From an uncultured Planctomycetales bacterium (lineage in GTDB: Bacteria; Omnitrophota; Gorgyraeia; Gygaellales; Profunditerraquicolaceae): DNA of 64,000 nt. Below, one piece after another: positions 45,892 to 55,744 of the stretch (its first letter is position 1; the number at the start of each line of letters is the position of its first letter). The stretch is taken from positions 17,249 through 81,248 of the forward strand of contig CAYHBB010000014.1 of the NCBI GenBank assembly GCA_964354795.1, read 5' to 3'. Below the pieces are notes generated by a model. That model ran no database searches and was not told where the DNA came from. It saw only the letters and a list, made by a program, of their open reading frames with translations. The position numbers were made by a program, and so were the translations under genes.

Positions 45892-46665
45892 TTATTTGAT
45901 CACTCCCTTCTCAACCTCCGGAATCACAACTTTTAACGCCGCAACGCGGTCTTCAACATACGGATGGGTCCTGAAATACCCCATCACTTTCCAGTTAGGC
46001 CCCTCTTCTGTCTTGATCTTCTCAAGCGCGGTAAGCGAACTCCAAGGATTAAATCCTGATTTGAAAGAATATTTGGCGCCCAGACGGTCTGCCTCATACT
46101 CGTCTTTACGGCTATAACTAAGTGAGACGAGATTATAAACCGCATCCACTCCCTGCGCTACATTGGAAGCGCTGCCCCCGGAGCTATCCCCAAAGCTGGC
46201 AAAAGCAACGCCCAACAACAACTGATAAGCCATATTCGCCTGCAATTTCTTGGCGATATGCCGGGCAGCCACATGTCCCACCTCATGCCCCACGACATAA
46301 GCCAACTCATCGTCGTTAAGGATCTTCATCAGCCCCTGATTAACGTAAACAAGGCCTCCGGGCAAGGTCATAGCATTAAGCTCTAAATCCTTCAGCACGT
46401 AAAATTTGTAAAGGATATCCTGACGGTCAGAGGCATTAGCCAACCTGCCACCAACTCCACGCAGCCGTTCATTTAAAACCGGGTCATTGGAAAGAGGATG
46501 CTTGCTTAAGAATTCTGGGATGACGCTTTCGCCGATAGAAACTTCTGTCTGGCTGTTAAGAAAGATCATTTCCTTTCTTCCGGTGGCAGGATTATACAGG
46601 GTGGCGCACCCGGATAAAACCAGAAGAAAAATAAGAAGTGTGATGCCCCTAAGCGGCTTTACCAT
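45892..46665 (-). CDS. M48 family zinc metallopeptidase (lipoprotein)
   Basis: 257 aa. Lipobox LVLSGC. HEVGHVAARH zinc motif. ...EADRLGAKY third-ligand region. Confidence 0.8.
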   Translation of the reverse strand: MVKPLRGITLLIFLLVLSGCATLYNPATGRKEMIFLNSQTEVSIGESVIPEFLSKHPLSNDPVLNERLRGVGGRLANASDRQDILYKFYVLKDLELNAMTLPGGLVYVNQGLMKILNDDELAYVVGHEVGHVAARHIAKKLQANMAYQLLLGVAFASFGDSSGGSASNVAQGVDAVYNLVSLSYSRKDEYEADRLGAKYSFKSGFNPWSSLTALEKIKTEEGPNWKVMGYFRTHPYVEDRVAALKVVIPEVEKGVIK

Positions 46666-47009
46666 ACAAGCTGCAGAATAGTCTTTCCTTTTTCGGCGAA
46701 TATCTTGACTGTGAACATCGAACTATCTTTCTTTACTGAAGCGTTAAATCCGGAAGAATCTTCTCCGCCGATGATCAAAAATCCGTTATTCTTAAAATAT
46801 GCCGAATAAAACGCCACAACTTCAGCCAAAGGTTTACTAATAGCAAAGGTCTCTACGCTCGCGTTATCTATCCCCATATCCCCGGAATGCACCGCCCCAT
46901 CGATAAGAGGAAGACCCACTCCAGAAACATTAACTGATTCCGCGGCAAGAACTTTTGACCCAACTATCAAAATCATAACAACACAAATAAATACTGCTCT
47001 TCTGATCAT
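46659..47009 (-). CDS. Small secreted hypothetical protein
   Basis: 116 aa, signal peptide, no recognisable domain. Confidence 0.3.
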   Translation of the reverse strand: MIRRAVFICVVMILIVGSKVLAAESVNVSGVGLPLIDGAVHSGDMGIDNASVETFAISKPLAEVVAFYSAYFKNNGFLIIGGEDSSGFNASVKKDSSMFTVKIFAEKGKTILQLVW

Positions 47010-47016
47010 AGCGAAA

Positions 47017-48102
47017 TCACTCCTGCTGAATCCTGGCCTTTGCTACTTCCTCTTTTATGGAATCAGTGGCATTGGTGATCTGGGTTATCGCGGTCCTGAT
47101 GGTATCGGCCTTAGAGTTAATTTTCTCAAGTATCTGAAATAGCGACTTTATCAAAAGCTTATACTTGCCGACATCCCCCTCTTCTTTTAGGCGGGCGTAC
47201 TGCTCCTGCAAAACATGGGCTATCGGAAAAACATCCTTATAAGTGCAGACAAACACATTGGATTCATTACCTATACTGATGATCTCAGGAGCGATCTCTA
47301 CTGCCGCGGGCGGCGCCACCAGCATACAGTTATCTATGGTGTTGCTGAGATTCTGGTACTTCTGCACACTCTTGATCTCTTTTTTGATCTTTTCAACTAT
47401 TTCTTTTTTGTAAGCCTTCTGCTGATCAAGGTCTAAAGCGGCGTTATATTTTTCCACCAGCTCAAATACATCCGGAAGCTTGGCATCAATGGGGATATAC
47501 TTATTGGCATCCAGCTTCCAGGCAAACTCCACTTCTCCGTTATCAGTCCGAAGATTAGTGACTACTACGCCTGCCTGAATAGAATTATGCAAAACATCCC
47601 GCAGGATCTCTTCACCCACCATGCCGCGCGTCTTGGTTCCGGAAACCGTGCGGGTAAAATTCTGGATCAGGGCCCTCATATCGTCAAGTTGCGCGTTTCT
47701 CTGCCGCTCAACTTCCTGCTGGCCCCTGCCCTGCTCCTGCAGGAATTTCTCAGTAGAGCCCTTCTGCTCATCAAAGAACTTTCTGGTGGTACTCATCAGC
47801 TCCTGAATGCGCTTTTCCTTCTCACCGGCAGAAATCTCGTTTTTCTCGGTTATTTCCTTAAATATCCGGTTATTACTCTCCATCCACTCTTTGATCCTAA
47901 GCTCCCTTTCCTTCTCAAAAGCAGACCTAGAATTCTCCATCTCAGAGAACTTGGCCTTAAACTCCGCTAACTGCATCCCAAGATTAGTTATTGAAGATAT
48001 GTCAACAGGCTGGGCCTGCTTTGCCTTGGCAAAGAAGTACCCCGCGATAAATCCGATAACCGCTCCCGCGACAATTCCAATGATCAAAACAGTGATTTCC
48101 AT
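47017..48102 (-). CDS. rmuC: DNA recombination protein RmuC
   Basis: 361 aa. N-terminal TM, long coiled coil, C-terminal RmuC-type nuclease-like domain (NLRTDNGEVEFAWKLDANKYIPIDAK...). Confidence 0.8.
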   Translation of the reverse strand: MEITVLIIGIVAGAVIGFIAGYFFAKAKQAQPVDISSITNLGMQLAEFKAKFSEMENSRSAFEKERELRIKEWMESNNRIFKEITEKNEISAGEKEKRIQELMSTTRKFFDEQKGSTEKFLQEQGRGQQEVERQRNAQLDDMRALIQNFTRTVSGTKTRGMVGEEILRDVLHNSIQAGVVVTNLRTDNGEVEFAWKLDANKYIPIDAKLPDVFELVEKYNAALDLDQQKAYKKEIVEKIKKEIKSVQKYQNLSNTIDNCMLVAPPAAVEIAPEIISIGNESNVFVCTYKDVFPIAHVLQEQYARLKEEGDVGKYKLLIKSLFQILEKINSKADTIRTAITQITNATDSIKEEVAKARIQQE

Positions 48103-48227
48103 ATAAAGAATTATACCTCTAAATACCTAAATCCCCAAGCGAAATCAGAGGGAAATTTTCTATTTACTAATATAGTATTGGATATATAATGTTATCCTGA
48201 TTTAGCGAAAACTTACAAGGAGAAATT

Positions 48228-48983
48228 ATGGGAAATATCAAGTTGGTACTCTTAAGGCACGGAGAAAGCACCTGGAATAAAGAAAACCGGTTCACCGGCT
48301 GGACGGATGTGGACTTATCGGAAAAAGGCCTACAGGAAGCCTCTGAAGGCGGAGAAGCCTTGAAAAAAGAAGGCTTTGTCTTTGACATCGCTTACACTTC
48401 GGTATTAAAAAGAGCTATCCGCACCCTTTGGATCACCCTGGACAAAATGGACCAAATGTGGATACCAGTATATAATTCCTGGCGCCTGAATGAGCGGCAT
48501 TACGGCGCTTTGCAGGGCTTGAACAAATCCGAAACCGCCCAGAAATTCAGCGAGGAACAGGTACTGGTATGGCGCAGAAGTTACGATACCCCACCTCCGC
48601 CCTTAGAGAAAACTGACTCCCGCTGGCCGGGCAATGATCCGCGTTACAGGGATCTTGCTCCCAAAGATGTACCGCTTACAGAATGCCTCAAAGACACAGT
48701 AGCCAGATTTCTTCCTTACTGGCATGAGACTATCGCGCCTTCCATCAAATCCGGTAAAAAGGTATTAATCGCCGCTCACGGCAACAGCCTTCGGGCACTG
48801 GTAAAATACCTGGATAATGTTTCCGATGAGGAGATCGTAGGACTGAATATTCCAACCGGCATTCCGCTGGTTTATGAGCTGGATCAGAATCTTAAACCCA
48901 TAAAACACTATTATCTTGCCGACCCTGAGAAATTAAACAGCGCTATCGCTTCAGTTGCCAATCAGGGTAAATCCAAAAAATAA
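48228..48983 (+). CDS. gpmA: 2,3-bisphosphoglycerate-dependent phosphoglycerate mutase
   Basis: 251 aa. [29 protein letters not shown]; catalytic His at RHG. Confidence 0.95.
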   Translation: MGNIKLVLLRHGESTWNKENRFTGWTDVDLSEKGLQEASEGGEALKKEGFVFDIAYTSVLKRAIRTLWITLDKMDQMWIPVYNSWRLNERHYGALQGLNKSETAQKFSEEQVLVWRRSYDTPPPPLEKTDSRWPGNDPRYRDLAPKDVPLTECLKDTVARFLPYWHETIAPSIKSGKKVLIAAHGNSLRALVKYLDNVSDEEIVGLNIPTGIPLVYELDQNLKPIKHYYLADPEKLNSAIASVANQGKSKK

Positions 48984-48990
48984 CAATTGA

Positions 48991-50487
48991 TCAATAGCCG
49001 GGAAGGTCTTTTAAAAGCTGCGGCAGGAGCCGATGATAGAGATCTGCTTTGCCGTGACTGTGGCAAAAGTATTTTAGAAACTCTGGGGACCTTTTGTTAA
49101 GCTCATCAAGGTATTTCGGGCCACGGATTTTCTGCCTGGCTTCCCAAACTAACCAATCCTCGAAGATCTGCGAGATCTTTACCCCCGCCTTATCCCGCAA
49201 CGCGTAAAGCGTATTTCCAAACACCTGGCTGTCGTAAAGCCTCTCCATGGCAAACTGAATCTTTCCTACTCTTTTTAGATCCGCCTCAGACATAACGCTA
49301 CTCTTAATCGCCCGATAAGGCGCTTGAGGATGATACTTAATGCCGAATCTAGCAGCGCGCTGGCGTAAAACTGTCCCCGGCAGCAAATTCAAACGAAAAA
49401 TACTCACCTTCGCCGGATGTAAATCGTAAAGCCAATCCAAAGATTTCTTCAGGCCGCTAAAACTCTGAAAAGGCAGGGCATCGATGAGCTGGATCTCATA
49501 AAAAAGCTTGTATTTATTCAGCAGCTGAATGCCCTGAACAAACTTATTAATATTCAGCGGCCGGTTGACAGCTTTTAAAGTCCTGGGATTCGTGCTTTGA
49601 ATGCCGATCTCTATATTGTAGGCGTTTGCCCGATATAAAAGCCTGGCCATCTCTGAATCCACCAGCTCCGCCCTCAGCTCCACATGAAGATTGGTGCCCT
49701 GGTTATGCCTGATAAACAGCTTCAGGATCCGTTTAGCCCTTTTGGAACAGGAATTAAATGTAGCGTCCATCAGATAGACCTCGCGCGGCTTGCGGGAAAG
49801 GATCATCTTAAACTCTTTCTGGACCCGGGAAAGCGGCATAAATCTTAAACCCAGAAACTCCTTATGATAATAACAGTAGTCGCAGCTGAAAGAACACCCG
49901 CGCGTGGTTTCCAAAGGCACATCCACGATATTTTTGTCTTTAAGATTTACTAAGCCCGTTAGATACGGCGAAGGAATAACGGAGATATCCGCCAAGTGCG
50001 GCCTGTCGGAATTGCTGATCACGCATTTTCCCCGGCGAAAAGATATCCCCTTAACCGGGGACAAGTCCGGGTTTTCGGCAGTCAAGCTATTAGCCAATTG
50101 CGCAAAAGCAACTTCTCCCTCTCCCCTTACCACTACATCGATAAATTTGTTTTTCTTAAGTAACTCTTCCGCGCGGGGGCTCGCTTCCGGCCCTCCCAAA
50201 ACTATCCTTATCGAATCGTCCTGGCGTTTTAACTGACGGCAGGCCTGCAGAGTCTTACGGATATTCCAAAGATAGCAGGAAAATCCTACCAGGTCCGGAT
50301 TACAGCTTAAAATCTGTTTAACGATGTCAGGGATGCTTTGATTTTCGTTGAAGACTTTGATTTGTACTTTTAGGGCGGGGCGATGTGGGAATGACTGCTT
50401 TAAAAGAAAACCTTTGAGATAATAGAGTGCCAGCTGTATATCTGTGCCGGTCTCAAGGCATATCGAGCTTAATAAAATTCTCAACAC
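48991..50487 (-). CDS. B12-binding-domain radical SAM protein
   Basis: 498 aa. N-terminal cobalamin-binding-like domain. CSFSCDYCYY (CxxxCxxC) radical SAM cluster motif. Confidence 0.8.
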   Translation of the reverse strand: MLRILLSSICLETGTDIQLALYYLKGFLLKQSFPHRPALKVQIKVFNENQSIPDIVKQILSCNPDLVGFSCYLWNIRKTLQACRQLKRQDDSIRIVLGGPEASPRAEELLKKNKFIDVVVRGEGEVAFAQLANSLTAENPDLSPVKGISFRRGKCVISNSDRPHLADISVIPSPYLTGLVNLKDKNIVDVPLETTRGCSFSCDYCYYHKEFLGLRFMPLSRVQKEFKMILSRKPREVYLMDATFNSCSKRAKRILKLFIRHNQGTNLHVELRAELVDSEMARLLYRANAYNIEIGIQSTNPRTLKAVNRPLNINKFVQGIQLLNKYKLFYEIQLIDALPFQSFSGLKKSLDWLYDLHPAKVSIFRLNLLPGTVLRQRAARFGIKYHPQAPYRAIKSSVMSEADLKRVGKIQFAMERLYDSQVFGNTLYALRDKAGVKISQIFEDWLVWEARQKIRGPKYLDELNKRSPEFLKYFCHSHGKADLYHRLLPQLLKDLPGY

Positions 50488-50488
50488 T

Positions 50489-50983
50489 CTAGCGGTAATT
50501 GCAGAAACTAAGCGGTATAGGAAACTCCAGGGTCCTTAGATGCGCAATCACTGCCTGCAGATCATCCTTTTTCGCGGAGGAGACCTTGATCTTTTCTCCC
50601 TCGATCTGAGCCTGCGCTTTCAGGCCCAGCTCCTTTATAATACCAGTGAGCTTTTTAGCGTTTTCCTTGTCAATACCCATGCAAATCTCGACTTTCTGAC
50701 GCAGATACCCTTCAAAGGCCTTTTCCGGATCATTGAATTTAAGGGACTTAACGGATATACCGCGCTTAGCCATGCGGCCGACCAACATATCGGTAAGGGC
50801 GCGCAGTTTAAAATCGTCATCGGCGATCAGGGTGACCAGCTTTTCCGTACGGTCATAGGCGATCGAGGATTTACTGTTCTTGAAATCATATCTCTGGGCC
50901 AGCTCCTTATTCGCCTGGTTCACCGCGTTATCCATCTCCTGCAGGTCAACCTCGGAAACTACATCAAACGAAAAGTTAGGCAT
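50489..50983 (-). CDS. yajQ: YajQ family (UPF0234) nucleotide/c-di-GMP-binding protein
   Basis: 164 aa. MPNFSFDVVSEVDLQEMDNAVNQANKELAQRYDFKNS... Confidence 0.85.
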   Translation of the reverse strand: MPNFSFDVVSEVDLQEMDNAVNQANKELAQRYDFKNSKSSIAYDRTEKLVTLIADDDFKLRALTDMLVGRMAKRGISVKSLKFNDPEKAFEGYLRQKVEICMGIDKENAKKLTGIIKELGLKAQAQIEGEKIKVSSAKKDDLQAVIAHLRTLEFPIPLSFCNYR

Positions 50984-51170
50984 TCTTTTTTCCCTTCTTC
51001 AATAACAGGCGTACCCCGATAATTATCAGGATACCGCAAAATACCAACGCTGCAATGGATTTTGGTCCCGTGATGTCGTTTACCGGCTTCCCGAAGATAA
51101 TATCAAAAGTACAAACAAATATCGCCCCCAGAATACCGAGCACGATTAAAACAAGAGCTTTTGCCTTCAT
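50976..51170 (-). CDS. Small two-TM membrane protein
   Basis: 64 aa, two hydrophobic helices. SD aaggggg upstream. Confidence 0.3.
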   Translation of the reverse strand: MKAKALVLIVLGILGAIFVCTFDIIFGKPVNDITGPKSIAALVFCGILIIIGVRLLLKKGKKNA

Positions 51171-51187
51171 ATTGCCCCCTTTCAGTA

Positions 51188-51222
51188 AAAAGCTGCACCC
51201 CAGCTTAAAGGTATGCTGGGTG
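51188..51222 (-). terminator. Intrinsic terminator-like hairpin between the pyruvate kinase gene and the small membrane protein gene
   Basis: gcaccccagc-ttaaaggtat-gctgggtgc (9 bp, one bulge), followed on the minus strand by UUUUUU. A T-run also follows on the plus strand. Confidence 0.4.
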
Positions 51223-51300
51223 CGTTCTTTTTAGAACGGAACACTGGCCTATCCTATAACCCCACAGGGGTAGCCCTTCCTATACCTTTTAAGGAAGGGG

Positions 51301-52320
51301 CTAAGGCCAGGTGTATTGCTCTGTAAACTTAATTATCTTATTCATCATATCCACGCACTGCGCAGGATGCGCGCCTACCGCGGTCTCAGCTGAAAGCATC
51401 ACATAATCCGACCCGTCAATAATGGCATTGGCCACATCTGAAACCTCTGCTCTGGTAGGCCTGAGATTCTCAGTCATGCTCTCCAACATCTGAGTGGCGG
51501 TGATCACGAACTTCTTCGCCCGGTTGCACTTTCTGATTATCGACTTCTGTATCAAAGGCACCTCGTATATAGGCAGGGAGACTCCCATATCACCCCTTGC
51601 GACCATGATCCCATCGCAGACCCTGATTATCTCATCGATATTTCTTATACCATCCCTATTTTCAATCTTAGCGATTATCTTAGGTTTATACACAGAATCA
51701 CTGAAGTATTTTTTGATGGCCTGAATATCATCTTTATTCCTCACGAAAGACTGAGCGATATAATCGATTTTCCGCTCCATGCAGAAATCAAGGCCTTCCT
51801 TGTCTTTTGTCGTCAGCCCTTTAAAGCTAAAATTTACCCCCGGCATATTGATGCCCTTACGCTCCTTGATCACGCCCCCAACCACTACCCTGGCCTTTAA
51901 ACCTTTCTTTTCGCGCCCTTCCACGATAAGAGCGATATTCCCGTCATCAATATAAATATGCTGGCCTTTTTTGATCAATGCCAGCGAACCTGCGTAATCA
52001 AAAGGAATGACGCTTCCTTCTCCTAAGATATTTTTCTGAGTGAGCCAGAGCGCCTGCCTTTTCCTGACCTCAATAGGCTTGCCATTTTCAAGCCTGCCTA
52101 TCCTAATACGGTAGCCTTCCAAGTCTCCCAATATCCTTATGTGCCGCCGATATTTCTTATTTAACCCCCTCACAATATTTATCTTCTCATGGTGCTCTTT
52201 AAAGCTTCCGTGTGAGAAATTCAATCTTACCACATCCATACCGCGTCGCATCATCTCAAGCAATACGCCTGCCCTGTCTGACGCAGGGCCCAAGGTACAG
52301 ATTATCTTAGTTCTTGGCAT
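51301..52320 (-). CDS. pyk: Pyruvate kinase, short form (barrel domain only; the C-terminal alpha/beta domain is absent)
   Basis: 339 aa. MPRTKIICTLGPAS...MVARGDMGV...ITATQMLESM...SAETA, then ends about 30 aa later. Confidence 0.8.
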   Translation of the reverse strand: MPRTKIICTLGPASDRAGVLLEMMRRGMDVVRLNFSHGSFKEHHEKINIVRGLNKKYRRHIRILGDLEGYRIRIGRLENGKPIEVRKRQALWLTQKNILGEGSVIPFDYAGSLALIKKGQHIYIDDGNIALIVEGREKKGLKARVVVGGVIKERKGINMPGVNFSFKGLTTKDKEGLDFCMERKIDYIAQSFVRNKDDIQAIKKYFSDSVYKPKIIAKIENRDGIRNIDEIIRVCDGIMVARGDMGVSLPIYEVPLIQKSIIRKCNRAKKFVITATQMLESMTENLRPTRAEVSDVANAIIDGSDYVMLSAETAVGAHPAQCVDMMNKIIKFTEQYTWP

Positions 52321-52325
52321 CTTTA

Positions 52326-55300
52326 TTAAGCGGGAATCTTACGCGAATCTTTAACTTCTAGCATCTTGTGATATTCCTGCAGCGATTTGGGCAAATCATG
52401 CTTTTTCTTCACTGAATCGATCCCGTCCACCGTTGCCCGGGCCGCGGCCATAGTAGTCACGTAGGGGATCTTATGCTGGATAGCAAGCATGCGGATATAG
52501 CTGTCGTCATGGACGCTCATCCTGCCGATAGGAGTATTAATGATCAGGTTGATCTCCTTATTCTTTATGGTATCGGAGATATTCGGCCTGCCCTCGTGCA
52601 ACTTCTTGACCAGAGTGGAATCCACTCCCTTTTCCTTAAGGTATCGATGAGTGTTTTCCGTAGTAAAGATCTTAAATCCCAATTGCACTAACTTTGAGGC
52701 TATCGGGAAAAGATTCTGCTTGTCCTTATCCGCTACCGTGATCAAAACATTTCCCTCAAGGGGAAGTTTGGTGCCCACTGACTCTTGAGCCTTATAAAAC
52801 GCCACCCCGAAATCCTCGCCTATGCCCATCACCTCTCCGGTTGCCCGCATCTCGGGGCCCAAAATCGGATCGACTTCCGGGAACATGTTGAAAGGAAACA
52901 CCGCTTCTTTAACCGTGACATATGGGATCTTACGCGAAATCAGCTCCGTAAAGTCGCTGATCTTTTTGCCCAGTATAAGTTGAGTGGCAATGCGCGCCAG
53001 CGGGATACCCATGGTTTTCGCCACCAGCGGCACAGTGCGGGAAGCGCGCGGATTGGCTTCCAGTATATAAACCTGATCATCGCAAATGGCGTATTGAATA
53101 TTGATCAGGCCCACCACTTTTAACTCCACCGCGATTTTTTTCGTCCACTCGTCAATGGTCTTTAAGTGCTCTTGCTTGATGCTGCGCGAAGGAATAGTAC
53201 AGGCAGAATCCCCGGAGTGGATCCCCGCGTGCTCAATATGCTCCATCACCGCGGCCACAAACGTATCTTTGCCGTCGCAAAGCGCATCCACCTCGCATTC
53301 AATAGCATTATCCAGGAAACGGTCGATCAGCATAGGATACTCGGGTGAGACCTGTATCGCCTCTTTGGCGTATTTGGTGAGCATCTTCTCATCGTAAATC
53401 ACTTCCATACCGCGGCCGCCCAAAACAAACGAAGGCCTGACCATCGCCGGATAGCCAATTCTACCGGCAATAGCAATCGCCTCATCCAGGGAGCCCGCCG
53501 TGCCTCCTTCGGTCTGTCGGATGCCCAACGCTATCATCTTCTGCCTGAACAACTCGCGGTCCTCAGCAAAAGCGATTGATTTAGTGCTTGTGCCGATGAT
53601 CTTCACTCCGTTTTTCTCAAGCTCCGCGGCGATATTCAAAGGCGTCTGGCCGCCGAACTGCACGATCGCCCCAATCGGCTTTTCCTTTTCCCATATCGTT
53701 AGGACATCCTCAACCGTCAATGGCTCAAAATAAAGCTTATTTGACGTATCGTAATCAGTCGAGACTGTCTCAGGGTTACAGTTGATCATGATGGTTTCCA
53801 ACCCCGCATCACGCAGGGCAAAAGCCGCATGCACACAGGTATAATCAAACTCAATACCTTGTCCGATACGATTCGGCCCGCCGCCCAAGATCAATATTTT
53901 CTTATTACCGGAAACCGGGACCAGGTCCTCACCCGAAGTATAAGTGGAATAATAATACGCGGCATCTTTCACGCCGCTGACCGGCACAGGTTCAAAACGA
54001 GCGTTGCCCATCAGCTTCTTCCTTCGGCCGCGCACATCCGCCTCTTTTACCTTAAATATCTTGGACAAATATCTGTCGCTGAAGCCCCACTCCTTGGCTT
54101 TACGCAAACTCGCATCCGACAGCCCCTGCCACCCGGTGGCCAGCATATCCTGTTCAAACTCCACCATCTCTTTCATTTCTTTGATAAACCACTTACCGAT
54201 AAAGGTAAGACTGTAAAGCTCCTCTACGCTAGCGCCCTTGCGCAGCGCTTCATACATCAGGAACACGCGCTCGCTGGATGGATTTACCAGCCGAGACTTC
54301 AGCTCTTCCAAAGACAGACTGTTGAAATCTTTGGCAAACCCCAAACCATATCTTCCGGTCTCAAGCGAGCGGATAGATTTCTGGAACGCTTCCTTGAATG
54401 ACTTGGAAATGCTCATCACCTCACCCACTGCCTTCATCTGCGTGCCCAGGACATCTTTTGCCTGGCGGAATTTCTCAAAGGCCCAGCGCGCGAATTTGAT
54501 CACTACATACTCACCCCACGGCTCGTATTTCTCTAAGGTCCCTTTTCTCCAGTAAGGCATTTCATCGAGGGTAAGGCCCGCGGCTAATTTCGTGGAGACG
54601 CGAGCAATGGGAAAACCCGTGGCCTTGGAAGCCAAAGCCGAAGAGCGCGAAGTGCGGGGATTTATTTCTATAGCCACCACGCGGTCATCCTTAAGATTAT
54701 GCGCGAACTGAATATTTGTCCCCCCCACCACACCGATAGCATCCACGACCTTGTAGGAATAATCCTGCAGTCTTTTCTGCAACTCCTGAGGCACGGTAAG
54801 CATGGGAGCAACGCAAAAACTGTCTCCGGTATGCACGCCCATGGCGTCGATATTCTCGATAAAACAGACGGTGATCTTCTGGTTCTTCTCGTCGCGCACC
54901 ACCTCAAGCTCCAACTCCTCCCAGCCGATGACCGCTTCTTCGATCAGCACCTGATGTATAATGCTGGCGTTGAGCCCGCGGTTGACAAGAGTAGAGAAAT
55001 CTTCGTTATTATAGGCGATACCTCCACCGGTCCCGCCCATCGTATAAGCCGGACGGATGACCACCGGATAGCCCAGTTCCTGCGCCGCCTTCTGGGCCTC
55101 CTCTAAAGTATTGCAGGTCTGCGAGCGCGGCACAGGGATACCCAGTTTTTTCATGGTATCCTTGAACGCCTCGCGGTCTTCTCCTCTTTCAATGGCATCA
55201 GCTTTTACGCCGATGATCTTGACCCCGAATTTATCCAACACTCCCGTCTTATGCAAAGCAGAAGACAGGTTCAATCCGGTCTGGCCGCCCAAATTAGGCA

Positions 55301-55559
55301 GTAGCGCATCCGGCCGCTCTTTCTCGATTATCTTAGTCAGGCTCTCAACGGTAAGCGGCTCAATATAGGTGTTATCCGCCATACCTGGATCGGTCATAAT
55401 GGTCGCGGGATTGGAATTCACCAACACGATCTCATACCCCTCCTCACGCAGCGCCTTACAAGCCTGGGTACCGGAATAATCGAATTCACAGGCCTGCCCT
55501 ATGATGATGGGGCCTGAGCCGATGATTATTACTTTTTTGATGTCTGTACGTTTCGGCAT
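52326..55559 (-). CDS. carB: Carbamoyl-phosphate synthase large subunit
   Basis: 1077 aa. Two ATP-grasp halves, oligomerisation domain, MGS-like C-terminal domain. Confidence 0.97.
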   Translation of the reverse strand: MPKRTDIKKVIIIGSGPIIIGQACEFDYSGTQACKALREEGYEIVLVNSNPATIMTDPGMADNTYIEPLTVESLTKIIEKERPDALLPNLGGQTGLNLSSALHKTGVLDKFGVKIIGVKADAIERGEDREAFKDTMKKLGIPVPRSQTCNTLEEAQKAAQELGYPVVIRPAYTMGGTGGGIAYNNEDFSTLVNRGLNASIIHQVLIEEAVIGWEELELEVVRDEKNQKITVCFIENIDAMGVHTGDSFCVAPMLTVPQELQKRLQDYSYKVVDAIGVVGGTNIQFAHNLKDDRVVAIEINPRTSRSSALASKATGFPIARVSTKLAAGLTLDEMPYWRKGTLEKYEPWGEYVVIKFARWAFEKFRQAKDVLGTQMKAVGEVMSISKSFKEAFQKSIRSLETGRYGLGFAKDFNSLSLEELKSRLVNPSSERVFLMYEALRKGASVEELYSLTFIGKWFIKEMKEMVEFEQDMLATGWQGLSDASLRKAKEWGFSDRYLSKIFKVKEADVRGRRKKLMGNARFEPVPVSGVKDAAYYYSTYTSGEDLVPVSGNKKILILGGGPNRIGQGIEFDYTCVHAAFALRDAGLETIMINCNPETVSTDYDTSNKLYFEPLTVEDVLTIWEKEKPIGAIVQFGGQTPLNIAAELEKNGVKIIGTSTKSIAFAEDRELFRQKMIALGIRQTEGGTAGSLDEAIAIAGRIGYPAMVRPSFVLGGRGMEVIYDEKMLTKYAKEAIQVSPEYPMLIDRFLDNAIECEVDALCDGKDTFVAAVMEHIEHAGIHSGDSACTIPSRSIKQEHLKTIDEWTKKIAVELKVVGLINIQYAICDDQVYILEANPRASRTVPLVAKTMGIPLARIATQLILGKKISDFTELISRKIPYVTVKEAVFPFNMFPEVDPILGPEMRATGEVMGIGEDFGVAFYKAQESVGTKLPLEGNVLITVADKDKQNLFPIASKLVQLGFKIFTTENTHRYLKEKGVDSTLVKKLHEGRPNISDTIKNKEINLIINTPIGRMSVHDDSYIRMLAIQHKIPYVTTMAAARATVDGIDSVKKKHDLPKSLQEYHKMLEVKDSRKIPA

Positions 55560-55570
55560 GAGTGACCTCC

Positions 55571-55611
55571 CTGTAAAAAAATAAGCAACCCTCTAAATTC
55601 TCGAGAGTTGC
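55571..55611 (-). promoter_or_regulatory. Terminator-like hairpin plus U7 tract in the carB 5' leader, abutting the SD
   Basis: Minus-strand GCAACUCUC-GAGAAUUUA-GAGGGUUGC, then UUAUUUUUUUACAGGGAGGUCACUCAUG. An upstream promoter TTGACT-17-TACAAT sits at about 55690-55720. Confidence 0.35.
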
Positions 55612-55744
55612 CTAAAAGATTTCTGGTGTGGTTTTACCGCTAAAAGCATCGAGCCCTAACCTTTGTAACTGATTTTAATGTTTGTCCTATTGTATTCAGC
55701 TAAGCCCTGTCAGTCAAGGAAAATAAAGGGGACGGTTCTAATTT

